Source: a virus
Lineage: Duplodnaviria > Caudoviricetes
Direction: 5' to 3' (one strand)
IMG/VR virus record: IMGVR_UViG_3300027751_000004
Coordinates: 32,001 to 96,000 of that record
DNA length: 64,000 nucleotides
Program-made: the position numbers and the translations under genes
Part shown: positions 35,509 through 45,986 of the stretch, in pieces
Layout: each line of letters starts with the position of its first letter
Position numbering within the stretch: position 1 is the stretch's first letter
Notes under the pieces: model-generated
Databases searched by the model: none
Told to the model about the DNA's origin: nothing
What the model saw: the letters and a program-made list of their open reading frames with translations, nothing else

Positions 35509-37010
35509 ATTTCTAGCTCATATATTTTGTAATCAAATTTCTCTTTCGAGTATATCTTTATACGTTCTGCAGCGTGATTTAGAGTATAATTCTTACGATT
35601 TTTATGATGTAAATCATCCGCTATATCGTACAAGTTCGTTTCTCGCCCATCGTCAGATTTTCTTAGCCCACGACCAATAGACTGCAACACTTTAACCTGA
35701 GACTTTGACGGAGAGGCAAATACAATATTATGTATATTCCTTATATTAACCCCCGTAGAGAAAGTCCCTAGAGAAGCAACCACGATAGCATTCTTTTCTC
35801 TTTCTGTGATTTGCCTTACCATTTCCCTATCATCTACATCAGTTTGCCCAGATACAAAGAAGATCTTACGATTCTTATGAGCACCCTCTTTAATAATATT
35901 GTAAAGTGGCTTGCCGTGTTTCTCTACTAGGTTGAATAGAACTAGCGTGTTACCATCTTGGTCTAGTGCTAGGTTCTTTATAAATGTATTGCGTTTCTCA
36001 TTACTTACAATGAAATCTATTTCTTCCTGATACTTAGCTTTCTTCATCTGAAAACATACTTCAGCTGGATACTTTAGTAATAGGACATTTATCTTTAATT
36101 CTGATAATGCCCCAGAGTCCATAAGGTTCTTTGTATTGGTAACTCGATAAACTGGACCGAAGTGTCCTTCTAGAACCAAACGGTGAGTTTGAGTGCCGTC
36201 AAGAGTACCAGTGGTTCCAATACGGAACTCAGCATCCCTAAGTTTACCCATAATTGTACCAAGTGACTTTGCTTTAAAGTTATGCGCTTCATCTCCAACT
36301 ACTGCTCCAAATTGTTCAAACCAAGTTGCAGGCAGTTTATAGATTGACTGCCATGTTGTTATAGTAACTCTCTTATCAGAGCTCTTTTCCTTACCAGAAT
36401 AGATCTTATGTATCTCGTCTACGGCATTAAAGTATTCGTCGTATTCGGAATAGTCCGCAAAGTCAGAAGCCATTTGCTCTACCAAAGAAGTGGTAGGAAC
36501 TACAATAAGAAAGTTTTTATCTCTATTATGTAGGAAGTATCTCATTATGGCATATATGATAAGAGACTTACCAGATGCGGTTGGAGATAGCAAAAGAGCA
36601 TTCTTGTTTTCTAGCCCATGACGGATCGCTGTAAGCTGATAGTCTCTGGGTTTAATCTTATTGCCCCCAGACGTGAGGTTCATACTATTGATAAAGGAGT
36701 TGAAATCTCCCTCGTCAATAGGAACTTCTGTATCAGGTCTACCGTACCAAGCATCTTGCTCTACAAATAGATCGTAATCCCTAGCACCTACAAATTCTTT
36801 TAGGTATTTGAATAGACCTATGGGCAACTCTTTCTTTCTTGAATCATATAACCGTATCTTCCCATCCCACATCTTATTCTTGAACGCAGGCATAAACTGA
36901 TACCCTGGAACAAGGAAGCAAAAGAAATCGCTCAGTTCGTTCTCAATTGAAGGATCTGTTATAACGCTGAGGAATGCGTGGTTCTTTTTCTTTACGGTTA
37001 GAGAATTCAT
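35505..37010 (-). CDS. uvsW: SF2 helicase UvsW
   Basis: RDYQ, SPTASGKS, GDEAH, GTTGT, QSIGRGLR. Confidence 0.96.
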   Translation of the reverse strand: MNSLTVKKKNHAFLSVITDPSIENELSDFFCFLVPGYQFMPAFKNKMWDGKIRLYDSRKKELPIGLFKYLKEFVGARDYDLFVEQDAWYGRPDTEVPIDEGDFNSFINSMNLTSGGNKIKPRDYQLTAIRHGLENKNALLLSPTASGKSLIIYAIMRYFLHNRDKNFLIVVPTTSLVEQMASDFADYSEYDEYFNAVDEIHKIYSGKEKSSDKRVTITTWQSIYKLPATWFEQFGAVVGDEAHNFKAKSLGTIMGKLRDAEFRIGTTGTLDGTQTHRLVLEGHFGPVYRVTNTKNLMDSGALSELKINVLLLKYPAEVCFQMKKAKYQEEIDFIVSNEKRNTFIKNLALDQDGNTLVLFNLVEKHGKPLYNIIKEGAHKNRKIFFVSGQTDVDDREMVRQITEREKNAIVVASLGTFSTGVNIRNIHNIVFASPSKSQVKVLQSIGRGLRKSDDGRETNLYDIADDLHHKNRKNYTLNHAAERIKIYSKEKFDYKIYELEI

Positions 37011-37456
37011 TATGCACCGTTAGTAAATCTGTGCCAGTCTATCATATTCTTAATTGTAGAATGGCGCCATCTGAGATTATTGATTATCTCTTCAAGGGTT
37101 TCTATTATAGCCTGAGCCAGATCGATCTTTGCATTTAGCTTTTGCATGTCTGGGTCAGAACGGTAGAAGTAATCCATATCACCCTTCAAGACTCTCAACC
37201 CATTTGTAGGGTCTGGATCCCAACCAAGTTTACGAACTTGATCAACGTCCATCTTTCCTGAGTAGTATAGCCACTTATTCTTGAACATAACATCTAGCTG
37301 ACTCTCGAGATACTTCTTCTCAAGTTTGCTTTTGGTCATCATTTCAAGATATTTTGCGTGTAGGTTTGGGGTAACTCTAGAAGATTCGTCTAGCTTTAAA
37401 CGATCTATCTCCGAGTCAGTTTTCCACATGTCCATAATTTCTTCAATATTGTACAT
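37010..37456 (-). CDS. uvsY: Recombination mediator UvsY
   Basis: LHAKYL, KWLYYSGK, IKNMIDWHRF. Confidence 0.92.
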   Translation of the reverse strand: MYNIEEIMDMWKTDSEIDRLKLDESSRVTPNLHAKYLEMMTKSKLEKKYLESQLDVMFKNKWLYYSGKMDVDQVRKLGWDPDPTNGLRVLKGDMDYFYRSDPDMQKLNAKIDLAQAIIETLEEIINNLRWRHSTIKNMIDWHRFTNGA

Positions 37457-37476
37457 AATATACCTTGTATCAGTGT

Positions 37477-37944
37477 TTATTCAATAGTCATATCCGAGAA
37501 AGAAAATACCACATCTGCAGTTATATAGGAGACTTCAGTAGCACCTGCATCAAACTCAAGTCCGCCAATAGAAGTTGGTATTGCGTTCTTGAAAGTGAAT
37601 GTTCTATTCTCATTATTGTGGCTCGTCATAACCATTAATGTTATATCGCTAAACTGATCACCTAGAAGAGACTGGTCCATCACTGAAGCATTAATCCAAT
37701 CAAAGATTTCTTTGTAGGATTTCATATCTTCGTCGACTATTAGTTTAACTGATAAATCTTCAAAAGTCAACTTATCTCCGTAGATATTCATATTCCTTTG
37801 AGACAAGTTTGCCGTTGTAACCCCAGAAGATACTGCTGGGACTGATACGCCAGTAGCAAAAAACTCTAGGTTCGGAAACTTCTGCAGAACCAATTTGAAT
37901 GATACTGGAGATAAAGAATTGATATTTTCGGGGATAGCTGCCAT
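37477..37944 (-). CDS. 3: Tail tube terminator / tail completion protein (gp3-like)
   Basis: NSLSPVSF, FEDLSVKLIVDEDMKSYKEIFDWI; position after gene 23. Confidence 0.85.
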   Translation of the reverse strand: MAAIPENINSLSPVSFKLVLQKFPNLEFFATGVSVPAVSSGVTTANLSQRNMNIYGDKLTFEDLSVKLIVDEDMKSYKEIFDWINASVMDQSLLGDQFSDITLMVMTSHNNENRTFTFKNAIPTSIGGLEFDAGATEVSYITADVVFSFSDMTIE

Positions 37945-37972
37945 TGTAATATACCTTTACTTATTGTAACTC

Positions 37973-37980
37973 TATTTATA
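37973..37980 (-). promoter_or_regulatory. T4-type late promoter for gene 3
   Basis: TATAAATA immediately after the gene 23 terminator. Confidence 0.8.
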
Positions 37981-37984
37981 AGGC

Positions 37985-38011
37985 AAAAAAAGAGGGAGCC
38001 GAAGCTCCCTC
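37985..38011 (-). terminator. Intrinsic terminator after gene 23
   Basis: GAGGGAGC-TTCG-GCTCCCTC followed by T7; cUUCGg tetraloop. Confidence 0.95.
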
Positions 38012-38035
38012 AAAACTAACAATATTTCGTTATGT

Positions 38036-39433
38036 TTATTCTCCAGCAGCACCAATAACGTTTGACACACCGAAGATACGGAAGTAACCATTCGAACGGT
38101 TAGTACCAACAGTACCAACACCAGAGTCATTTTGGCCAGTAACGAATGGGTTAGCAACCATGCCATAACGAGTCTTAAAGCCGATTTTCGGTTGGAAAGT
38201 ATTCTCGCCAACTGCTTTAACCATAGTTAATGGTACATATGGGCAGTAGAATAGACCTGCGTCATATGGGTTAGAACCACGATAGCCAACAGTTACATAG
38301 TTAACAGTTGCATATGGATCGATGTATACTTTCATACGACCGTTAAGTACACCAGCAAAAGTATTACCAGTATCGTCTACTTGTAGGTTAGTAGAAAGAG
38401 CAGGCGTATAGTCTAAAAGACCAGAAGCAGCAAGAGCAGAAGCAACATCTGATGAACAGATGATGAAGTTACCTTTACCACGACGAGTGTCTTTAGCGAT
38501 AGCATTAGCTTCAATTTCGATCTTCATGATCAAAGACTTATACTTCTCTACAGACCAACGACCATCAGTAGCGTCTAGGTCGAAGTGACCATTAGTAACA
38601 GCACCAGCAGCTCCACCAGTTGCAGTACCAGCCTGTTTAGTAGCTAGTTTTGCTTTAATGTTGATAGTACGGATAACTTCACGGTTCACTTCAGCTAGGA
38701 TCTCAGCAGAAAGAATGTTAGCCAACTCAGTCTCAGCGTCTAGACCGTGTACAGCTTTAAGGTCTTGAGCCAATTCCATAGTGTACTCAGCTTTCAACTG
38801 ACGGCTAGTAGCAGTTACAGAAGTACGATCAATTGAGAACGCCATTTCACCAAAGGTAGAACCTTCACCAGCAGCAGTTGTCATACCAGTACCAATGCCA
38901 AAAGCAGCATCTAGATCGATATTGCCGTCAACAGCATCAAGAACATCGTCATCGTCACTATCAACCTGTAGATTGTCGTTACCGAAAGCAGGATCTAGGC
39001 TTGAAGAGTTACCATCGTGAGCTCGGGCGGTGCCAAGGTTAGTACCAGTACCAGTACCAGAGAAGTCTGTTTTAGCTTCGTCGAATAGAGCTTCAGAGCG
39101 AGAAGCGTCGCCAGCAACATATTCTGATTTCATTGCAAAGATAAGACCAGTAGGACCAGACATAGGCTGAACACCAGCAATATCATAAGCAATTAGGTTA
39201 GGCATAGCACGACGTACTAGCGAGATTAATACTGGATCAAAATTATCTACTTGACCAGCTACGTTTGACTCAGTCATAAAGCCTTGTTGAGCTTTTTGCT
39301 CTTGTAATGCTTTCTCAGTGTTCTCAAGTAGAGCAGCAGTTACAGCTTTACGATAGTTATCTTTGATTGGTGCAGCAGCTTCTGCGTCCAATACTGGAGA
39401 CCATTTCTCCGTTAATTTTTCAGATCCGAACAT
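38036..39433 (-). CDS. 23: Major capsid protein (gp23-like)
   Basis: LVRRAMPNLIAYDIAGVQPMSGPTG, ELAQDLKAVHGLDAE, FQPKIGFKTRYG. Confidence 0.99.
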   Translation of the reverse strand: MFGSEKLTEKWSPVLDAEAAAPIKDNYRKAVTAALLENTEKALQEQKAQQGFMTESNVAGQVDNFDPVLISLVRRAMPNLIAYDIAGVQPMSGPTGLIFAMKSEYVAGDASRSEALFDEAKTDFSGTGTGTNLGTARAHDGNSSSLDPAFGNDNLQVDSDDDDVLDAVDGNIDLDAAFGIGTGMTTAAGEGSTFGEMAFSIDRTSVTATSRQLKAEYTMELAQDLKAVHGLDAETELANILSAEILAEVNREVIRTINIKAKLATKQAGTATGGAAGAVTNGHFDLDATDGRWSVEKYKSLIMKIEIEANAIAKDTRRGKGNFIICSSDVASALAASGLLDYTPALSTNLQVDDTGNTFAGVLNGRMKVYIDPYATVNYVTVGYRGSNPYDAGLFYCPYVPLTMVKAVGENTFQPKIGFKTRYGMVANPFVTGQNDSGVGTVGTNRSNGYFRIFGVSNVIGAAGE

Positions 39434-39451
39434 TTTATGTTCTCCTTAAAT

Positions 39452-40591
39452 TTAAATTGTTTTTGAAAGTGCGTTCAAGTAGGCTTGCATAGCAGGCGAA
39501 CTTGTTTTTTGTTCAGAAGATTCTTGAACTTCTTCTTTGGTGTCAGTGCCAGTAGCTTTAAAGTAAGATTCTTTAAGAGTAGCAACTTTAGCTACAAAAG
39601 ATTCTTGACTTTCGTACTCTACGCCTTCAGCCAAAGTGCGAAGTTTTTCCACTTCAGTTTCTGCCATTCCAACAGTCGCTTCACGAATGATTTCTTCACG
39701 ACGGAAATCGGAAACTTTCTCAGCTAGATCGATATTGTCACCAACAGTTTTGTTAAGTTGCTCTTCGAGTTCCTCAACTTTACCAGCTAGTTCGTCTACC
39801 ATATCTACCTTAGACTCAGGTACTTCAATGTAGTTTTCTACAAACAGTGATTGTAATGAATCAATAAAGTTTTCAGCAATCTCGGTACGAAGACCGTTAG
39901 TAACCGCAACTTCATTGGTTTCCATCCACTGCTCAACAACATAATTGAGGTATCCGTCAACTTTCTCTACAATCTCGCCACGAGCTGATTCACTTTCTTC
40001 AGCAAGTTTTTCGGCATAAGATTCTTCGAGACGTTGTACTTCCGCAGTAACTTTAGTTTTAACAGCAGCTTCGAAGATAACAGCAGCTTTGTCTTTAAAG
40101 CCTTCAGCTAATGCTTCTTCACCGTCAACCAATGCATCTAGGTCTTCGGAGAAATCAACATTAAGTTCCAACTCTGCAGATTCAGCAACTTCTTCGACAG
40201 CTTCTTCAGATTCTTCAGCAATTACCTTATTATAGGCAGTTGTCAAGTCGTCTTTGCTCATCTCAGACATTTTTTCGTAAATGGCTTTAATCATACCAGC
40301 TTTAGTGCTAGGCATGTCTACATCTTCTTTAGCCATTTTCTTTTTCTTACTGGATTCAGACTTCTCTTCGTCGCCTTCATCTTCGTCTTCGTCTTCGACT
40401 TCGCTTTCTTCGTCATCTACTTCGACTTCAGCTTCGTCGTCAGATTCTTCATCTGTCTTCTTAGCTTCTTTCTTAGCAGACGCTTCAACTAGCTCCTCGT
40501 CAACTTCAACGTCTTCAACTAAACCTTCTAGTTGTTCCTCAGTAATGTCTTCGATAAGATCAACTTCTTGATCTACGATTTGATCAGACAT
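39452..40591 (-). CDS. 22: Prohead core scaffolding protein (gp22-like)
   Basis: Acidic coiled coil, KAAVIFEAAV, VDGYLNYVVEQW, LKESYF. Confidence 0.93.
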   Translation of the reverse strand: MSDQIVDQEVDLIEDITEEQLEGLVEDVEVDEELVEASAKKEAKKTDEESDDEAEVEVDDEESEVEDEDEDEGDEEKSESSKKKKMAKEDVDMPSTKAGMIKAIYEKMSEMSKDDLTTAYNKVIAEESEEAVEEVAESAELELNVDFSEDLDALVDGEEALAEGFKDKAAVIFEAAVKTKVTAEVQRLEESYAEKLAEESESARGEIVEKVDGYLNYVVEQWMETNEVAVTNGLRTEIAENFIDSLQSLFVENYIEVPESKVDMVDELAGKVEELEEQLNKTVGDNIDLAEKVSDFRREEIIREATVGMAETEVEKLRTLAEGVEYESQESFVAKVATLKESYFKATGTDTKEEVQESSEQKTSSPAMQAYLNALSKTI

Positions 40592-40611
40592 ATTTCACTC
40601 CTTACAAAGTG

Positions 40612-41256
40612 TTAAAGTTTCGAGAGGAAATCTTGCCACACACGAGTTTGGGCTTCAGCCAAATCCGCTTTAGATGCGCTCTTGATTTCAGTCTCATACT
40701 TTTCAATTTCTTGAGCTTTTAGGATACCATTATCCCAAACCCAGTCTACTCCTTCCATGATGCCATTTACAAAGGCTTCAGGAGCAGAGGGGTCTTGCAC
40801 GATATCTACGGTAGAAAGGACAAAATCCTCTTTAACGTACATTGCGCCCTTACGACGCTCAAGACTTCCCATACCACGACTTGAAACGCCTAACTGACAT
40901 CCACCTTCAACCAAACCTTTTACGATTTGACCCATAGGAGTATTCAGTATCAACGCCTTTCCTACCACATTACTTCCTTCCATGCGGAGTTCGGTAATAC
41001 GATGCGAAACTTTGTCAAGGTTTACAGTTGGACCATCTGGATGGTTCAATTCACCAACTGCTCTACCTTTTGAAACTTGCTCACTAACATACTTCTCTAC
41101 GGCAGGTTTTAACACCCTTGATTCGTAGATACGACCATTGCGGTTTTTTTGATCAGCCTGCATAAACACGCCTTCAATATAAACCTCTTTCTCACCTTTA
41201 GCGTTTGCTTCGGTGATATATTCTAGTTTCTCTGTATGTTCTGTGATTAGCTTCAT
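40612..41256 (-). CDS. 21: Prohead protease (gp21-like)
   Basis: NRNGRIY, GELNHP, GVSSRGMGS, DPSAPEA. Confidence 0.97.
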   Translation of the reverse strand: MKLITEHTEKLEYITEANAKGEKEVYIEGVFMQADQKNRNGRIYESRVLKPAVEKYVSEQVSKGRAVGELNHPDGPTVNLDKVSHRITELRMEGSNVVGKALILNTPMGQIVKGLVEGGCQLGVSSRGMGSLERRKGAMYVKEDFVLSTVDIVQDPSAPEAFVNGIMEGVDWVWDNGILKAQEIEKYETEIKSASKADLAEAQTRVWQDFLSKL

Positions 41257-41258
41257 AT

Positions 41259-41498
41259 CTATTTGTCCATTAACTTGGCGAAATCGTTTGCAGCTTTCAT
41301 TGCATCTTTCTCGCTTCTAAACTTATCAAGTTCGGTGTCGTTAATATAGACAACAAACTTGGAACCTTTTTTAGCTAGGATAGCAGGAGACTTAGATTTA
41401 CCAACCGTGAACTCTTTTACTTTTTTCTCGCCAGCTGGAAGTTTAAACTTCTTCGCTTCCGACAGGTTCGTTCTCAGCTGTTTGAACGTTAAGCTCAT
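41259..41498 (-). CDS. Small prohead core protein (gp68 position)
   Basis: Synteny; GGAG RBS; TFKQLR..LSEA start. Confidence 0.6.
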   Translation of the reverse strand: MSLTFKQLRTNLSEAKKFKLPAGEKKVKEFTVGKSKSPAILAKKGSKFVVYINDTELDKFRSEKDAMKAANDFAKLMDK

Positions 41499-41679
41499 TT
41501 GCATCTCCTATTTCTGTTTGGGGTTGCTCTTGCGCAGTATATAAACTCTGAGCAACTTCTACTCTTCTGACATCTAATGCGTCAGACACTTTATCCGCCA
41601 TAATCGAGTCAAAAGTTTTGCTCGCTACAGACATGTCTTCGCCTTTTAATGCGTCTATTAAAGAATTAATATCAGACAT
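41443..41679 (-). CDS. Small prohead core protein (gp67 position)
   Basis: Synteny after gene 20; late promoter upstream. Confidence 0.65.
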   Translation of the reverse strand: MSDINSLIDALKGEDMSVASKTFDSIMADKVSDALDVRRVEVAQSLYTAQEQPQTEIGDANELNVQTAENEPVGSEEV

Positions 41680-41698
41680 TATTCACCTCATTTGCTAT

Positions 41699-41706
41699 TA
41701 TTTATA
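41699..41706 (-). promoter_or_regulatory. T4-type late promoter for 67-68-21-22-23
   Basis: TATAAATA. Confidence 0.8.
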
Positions 41707-41719
41707 ATAAAAAGAATCT

Positions 41720-43204
41720 TTAAATCTCGTCTTCTTCGCCATATTTATCTTTTTCATCTTCGATTTGTTTATCGATGTCTTCGATATTTTCGTCGTTCTG
41801 CTTCAAGATATTCTTACGAACCCAATCTACAGAATAGTATTTACCTACAAACTCATCAAGTTCCCTTAATGTGTTTACACGCTCACGTAAAATCTCAGCT
41901 TCTTTCAGTTCCGCAAAGTAAGTGTCGCTTATGAAGTCAACAACTATCTCTTCTTTCATCCACTCCCAGTCTTCACGAGTAACAATACCCTTTAGTATAA
42001 GTTGTACTTTAAGAGCCTGCATGAATACATCGGAGAAACGTCGACGAATCTTGTCGATAAACCGTTGGAATTTAACTTCGTCTCTGGTAATCTCTGATGT
42101 TCTACCTAATGAGAATTGAGCTTCTTGCTCTAGACGGCTAATTGGAACATTTAGTGCACGATATGTTTTCTTCTGGAAGTATAGAATATCATCTATCTGT
42201 CCAAGGTTCTCTCCTCCAGGAAGCGTAGTAATCTCTGTTCCACGACCACCCTCACGACGAGGCAACCAAAAATCTTCAAGCATAGACATATGCTTTCTAT
42301 CATCTCTAATCTCACCAGTCTGAGCATCGTAAACCATTTTGTTACGATAGTTGCTCATGATAGATCTGAGATACTCTTCAGCTTTACCTTTTGGCAAATT
42401 ACCAACGTCGATATAGAATACTCGACGTTCTGGCGCACGTGATAAACGGTAGATAACTAGAGCATCTTCCATCATGCGTAATTGGTTAGCTGGCTTGATA
42501 GCTTTATCTAGATAACCAAGAACCATATCTCGTTTAGCGGATAATAAACCAGAAGGGACAAAGATAATAGAATCCTTTGCTATCTTAAGACCTTGACCGC
42601 TCTTAGACATATTTCCGTCTTGATATAAGAAGTATTCTTCTATACCAGTAACGATTTTAGCGCCAGTCTTTTCATCTTTTTCTTCTATGACTTCTTTGAT
42701 CTTTCTTATCTTGGTAGGATCGATCGGGCGTAGTTCTAAAATACCACGCTTTGGAGATTTTTCGTCAATGATTATATGATAGAATAATCTACCATCAATA
42801 TACCATCTTCTGAATATGTCATTACCAGATGAAGAGAAACTCATTTTAGCTACAAGTTTCTCGAATTCATCTCTTATTATTTTCTTAATTCTGTCTGGTT
42901 GCTCTAAACCATTAAGGTTAATATCAACTGGAGCACCATCTTCGACAGAGACAATCGACTCATTAATAATATCTTCAATAGCAGCATCTACTTCTGGGAT
43001 CTGAGATATTTCACGATATTTTGAAATGAGGTCACCTTCATTCTTGGCGTTACCGCCAGACATGTCTAGGTATTGACCATAATGACCGCCAGCTTTAATT
43101 ACACCAGAGCCATCGTCTTCCATAGGTGCGACAAATGAACGCTTCTTAGCTTCCTCTTTATCCTCACCCTTTCGTTTTATTTCAAATCCAAATAAATCAG
43201 CCAT
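41720..43204 (-). CDS. 20: Portal protein (gp20-like)
   Basis: RAPERRVFYIDVGNLPK, EDFWLPRREGGRGTEITTLPGG. Confidence 0.98.
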   Translation of the reverse strand: MADLFGFEIKRKGEDKEEAKKRSFVAPMEDDGSGVIKAGGHYGQYLDMSGGNAKNEGDLISKYREISQIPEVDAAIEDIINESIVSVEDGAPVDINLNGLEQPDRIKKIIRDEFEKLVAKMSFSSSGNDIFRRWYIDGRLFYHIIIDEKSPKRGILELRPIDPTKIRKIKEVIEEKDEKTGAKIVTGIEEYFLYQDGNMSKSGQGLKIAKDSIIFVPSGLLSAKRDMVLGYLDKAIKPANQLRMMEDALVIYRLSRAPERRVFYIDVGNLPKGKAEEYLRSIMSNYRNKMVYDAQTGEIRDDRKHMSMLEDFWLPRREGGRGTEITTLPGGENLGQIDDILYFQKKTYRALNVPISRLEQEAQFSLGRTSEITRDEVKFQRFIDKIRRRFSDVFMQALKVQLILKGIVTREDWEWMKEEIVVDFISDTYFAELKEAEILRERVNTLRELDEFVGKYYSVDWVRKNILKQNDENIEDIDKQIEDEKDKYGEEDEI

Positions 43205-43241
43205 TTATATTTCCCACAATTATTCACTAATATTGAAGATA

Positions 43242-43267
43242 TTACTTGGGGGCGAACCCCCAAGTAA
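43242..43267 (-). terminator. Stem-loop (terminator or processing site) between genes 19 and 20
   Basis: TTACTTGGGGG-TTCG-CCCCCAAGTAA perfect 11-bp stem; weak U-tract. Confidence 0.7.
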
Positions 43268-43293
43268 CATTGCCTACTTTTATTTAGCCACCA

Positions 43294-43818
43294 TTAGCTA
43301 GTTGTGTTTGCTTCCCAGTATTGAACCTGGAATTCACAAGTGAACTCTTCGATGGTGTTTTCAGTTTCGTATGAAACGTCAATTGCTGATACGTTAGTTG
43401 GGAAACAACCACGGAAGTTATAAGTCTTTAATGAGTTTCCGTTTTTGTCCAACTGTTCAACTTTCAGGTCAGCTTGATAATCAGCTGGGTTATTTCTACC
43501 AGCGTTAGTCTTGTGACCGTTGATTGCGTTCATCCATGATTCCATGGAGTTACGAACAGCGAAGTTAGTATCATTGATAACAGTAATTGTCCAAGGTTCG
43601 AAAGTACGATCACCTGCAACTTGCAGCTGACGACCACGGAATGGAACAGTTACTGGGGCGATGATAGAAGCTGGTAATTGAGCAGCTTTAATCATGAATG
43701 ACGAAAGTTCTACGTCACCCTGTACGCCTGATGGGAAATTTACAGTAGCTTTAAAGAGATTAGTTCTTGCTCCGCCACCAACTAGTTTAGCTTTGAATGA
43801 ATCTACACCGAGTGTCAT
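43294..43818 (-). CDS. 19: Tail tube protein (gp19-like)
   Basis: GGGARTNLF, AGDRTFEPWTITVIND, FPTNVSAID. Confidence 0.96.
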   Translation of the reverse strand: MTLGVDSFKAKLVGGGARTNLFKATVNFPSGVQGDVELSSFMIKAAQLPASIIAPVTVPFRGRQLQVAGDRTFEPWTITVINDTNFAVRNSMESWMNAINGHKTNAGRNNPADYQADLKVEQLDKNGNSLKTYNFRGCFPTNVSAIDVSYETENTIEEFTCEFQVQYWEANTTS

Positions 43819-43819
43819 A

Positions 43820-45910
43820 TTAGCCTCCTACGATCTCTGAGAAGTCAACACCAGTTCGGGCAGCAACAAAGCTCAGAGTAATAAAGTTAATAGAACGTGC
43901 AGGCTTGATGTAAATATCAGAGACAAAGCGATTAGTATCAATCACTTCACCAGTGTTATTAGTTTCATCACAAACTACACGGAAATCGGTGATACCACGT
44001 CTACCTTGTACATCACGCAAGAAAGGCTCAACTAGGTTCAAGAACTGCGCACGAGTGAATTCATCATTGAACTCAAATAGCGAGAACTTAGAAGCAGTAG
44101 CAATTGCTTTCTCGATAGTAATGAATAAGCGACGAACATTGATTCGATCAAACGCAGATGGTTTGGCAAGGGCAGTCTTATCACCGAATAATAGAGTGCC
44201 TTCTCCAGGGAACGATACAATAGGATTGACTCGTGCCTTGTAAAGCGAATCACGCTCTGCTTGTTTAGGGTTAAATGCTAGTTTAGCAAAAGTACGAATT
44301 TGACCACGGTTCGGACCAGCAGGTGAGAACCAAGAATCAGCTACGCTATCAGTATTAGCACATAGACCAGCAACAGCACCTGAAGCAGATACCCAACGAT
44401 AAACATCGTTATACTTGTCATACATGTAACCAGCAGTAGAATCCATAACTGCATAAGAACTAGAAGTGATACCAGCAGCACCATCGCCATTAGCCCACTT
44501 CAATACTTCGCCTTTAGGATCGTTAGTACCAACAGTAGCAGTAATTGGAGGAGATACGAAAGCAACACAATCTTTACGTTTTTCAGCTAGAGCAATTACT
44601 AGGTTAGCTTGCGCTGTAGAAAGATCACCACCAATAATTAAGTTAACATCAATGCTTTCGGAATCTTCGAACGCAGATGTTAAAGCAGCAACTCGTTGCC
44701 CCTCAAGTGCTTCGGCATTAGAGCCACCAGCTAGAGAGATTGAGCTTGCTGTAGAACCAAAAGTAGAAAGGGGATTTGCTGCCCAAACGTACTCAGAGGA
44801 ACGATTAATGACTTCAACATAATAGTTATTAGTACCATCAGATTTTTTGTCGCCAGAATTCTTGCCTAGATATGCATATGTTTCTAGTACACTATCAGCA
44901 GAACCAGTCCATGAACCATCTTCATCAACTACAACAACGTGAACTTCACCATTATCTGGCGCAGTATCAAATTCGCCAGCAAAAGCAGTGAAAGAAGCAT
45001 CTTCAAAACTTTGATGATCAGCAACTACAACTTTTAAAGAGTTACCCAATTCTCCTGGATATCTTGCTACCCAAGCACCAGCGGAAGCCAAGCTAATAGA
45101 GTCTTTATGATCTTCGTTCTTAACTTTAACACCAGCTTGCGCTAGAGTTGCTGTTGCTGTTGCAGCTTCTGATGAACCAGATACAGTTAATGTAACAGAA
45201 GGTGCTGAATCATATCCATCACCGCCAGCAGTTACTGTAATTGACTCTATACCAAGAGAAGTGATGTTTATCTGAGCACCAGTACCTGTACCGCCTGAAG
45301 TGGCAACAGCAGATTGACTACCCACTGAAGTATAAGAACCACCGCTTTGTACGCTTACAGTACTAACAGCACCCGAAACATCTACAGCAGTTACTGTTAT
45401 CTGTGCTTCTGTACCAGCACCAAGGTTAATAGTTAATACGTCATCTACCGAATAACCAGTACCTGTACCACCACCTGCAGCACTTGCGGTAAGAACTTTA
45501 AGTTTAGCTGTTGCTTCAGCATCATTTGCTGAATTGCCTGAATCACTAGCACCTATAGTAACTGTAGGTACTGATGTATAACCAGCTCCAGGAGTATCTA
45601 CTGAAATAGTAGAAACAGAATCTGAAGCAGAAGTTGCGTTTAACAAACCAGTTGCATCGGCACGGACGACACGAAGATCGCTACCATATGCCAAAAATTG
45701 TGAAGCGGTGAGGAAAGACTTAGCAGTAATATCGTCTGGGCGACCAAACTTAGCTACGAGATCTTTCTCTGATCCGACTTGTACAACTTTATCAACTGGT
45801 CCCCAAACGAAAGAGCCAGCGTAAGCACCAATAGAGGTGGATACGGCTGGTACAACATTTGTCAGGTCAACTTCTTTAACCTGAACTCCTGGAGATACTT
45901 GAAAAGCCAT
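43820..45910 (-). CDS. 18: Contractile tail sheath protein (gp18-like)
   Basis: SPGVQVKEVD, WFSPAG, FDRINVRRLF, IKPARSINFI. Confidence 0.98.
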   Translation of the reverse strand: MAFQVSPGVQVKEVDLTNVVPAVSTSIGAYAGSFVWGPVDKVVQVGSEKDLVAKFGRPDDITAKSFLTASQFLAYGSDLRVVRADATGLLNATSASDSVSTISVDTPGAGYTSVPTVTIGASDSGNSANDAEATAKLKVLTASAAGGGTGTGYSVDDVLTINLGAGTEAQITVTAVDVSGAVSTVSVQSGGSYTSVGSQSAVATSGGTGTGAQINITSLGIESITVTAGGDGYDSAPSVTLTVSGSSEAATATATLAQAGVKVKNEDHKDSISLASAGAWVARYPGELGNSLKVVVADHQSFEDASFTAFAGEFDTAPDNGEVHVVVVDEDGSWTGSADSVLETYAYLGKNSGDKKSDGTNNYYVEVINRSSEYVWAANPLSTFGSTASSISLAGGSNAEALEGQRVAALTSAFEDSESIDVNLIIGGDLSTAQANLVIALAEKRKDCVAFVSPPITATVGTNDPKGEVLKWANGDGAAGITSSSYAVMDSTAGYMYDKYNDVYRWVSASGAVAGLCANTDSVADSWFSPAGPNRGQIRTFAKLAFNPKQAERDSLYKARVNPIVSFPGEGTLLFGDKTALAKPSAFDRINVRRLFITIEKAIATASKFSLFEFNDEFTRAQFLNLVEPFLRDVQGRRGITDFRVVCDETNNTGEVIDTNRFVSDIYIKPARSINFITLSFVAARTGVDFSEIVGG

Positions 45911-45975
45911 TTTGGAATTCCTCATTAAATTAAATTTATTTTACAAGAGAGCATAATACGAATATTCAACACAAG

Positions 45976-45983
45976 TATTTATA
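45976..45983 (-). promoter_or_regulatory. T4-type late promoter for 18-19
   Basis: TATAAATA. Confidence 0.8.
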
Positions 45984-45986
45984 CAA

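Noticed and set aside
43202-43209. TATAAATG as a late promoter for gene 20
   Set aside because: It is an imperfect match that overlaps the start codon itself, so it cannot serve this gene
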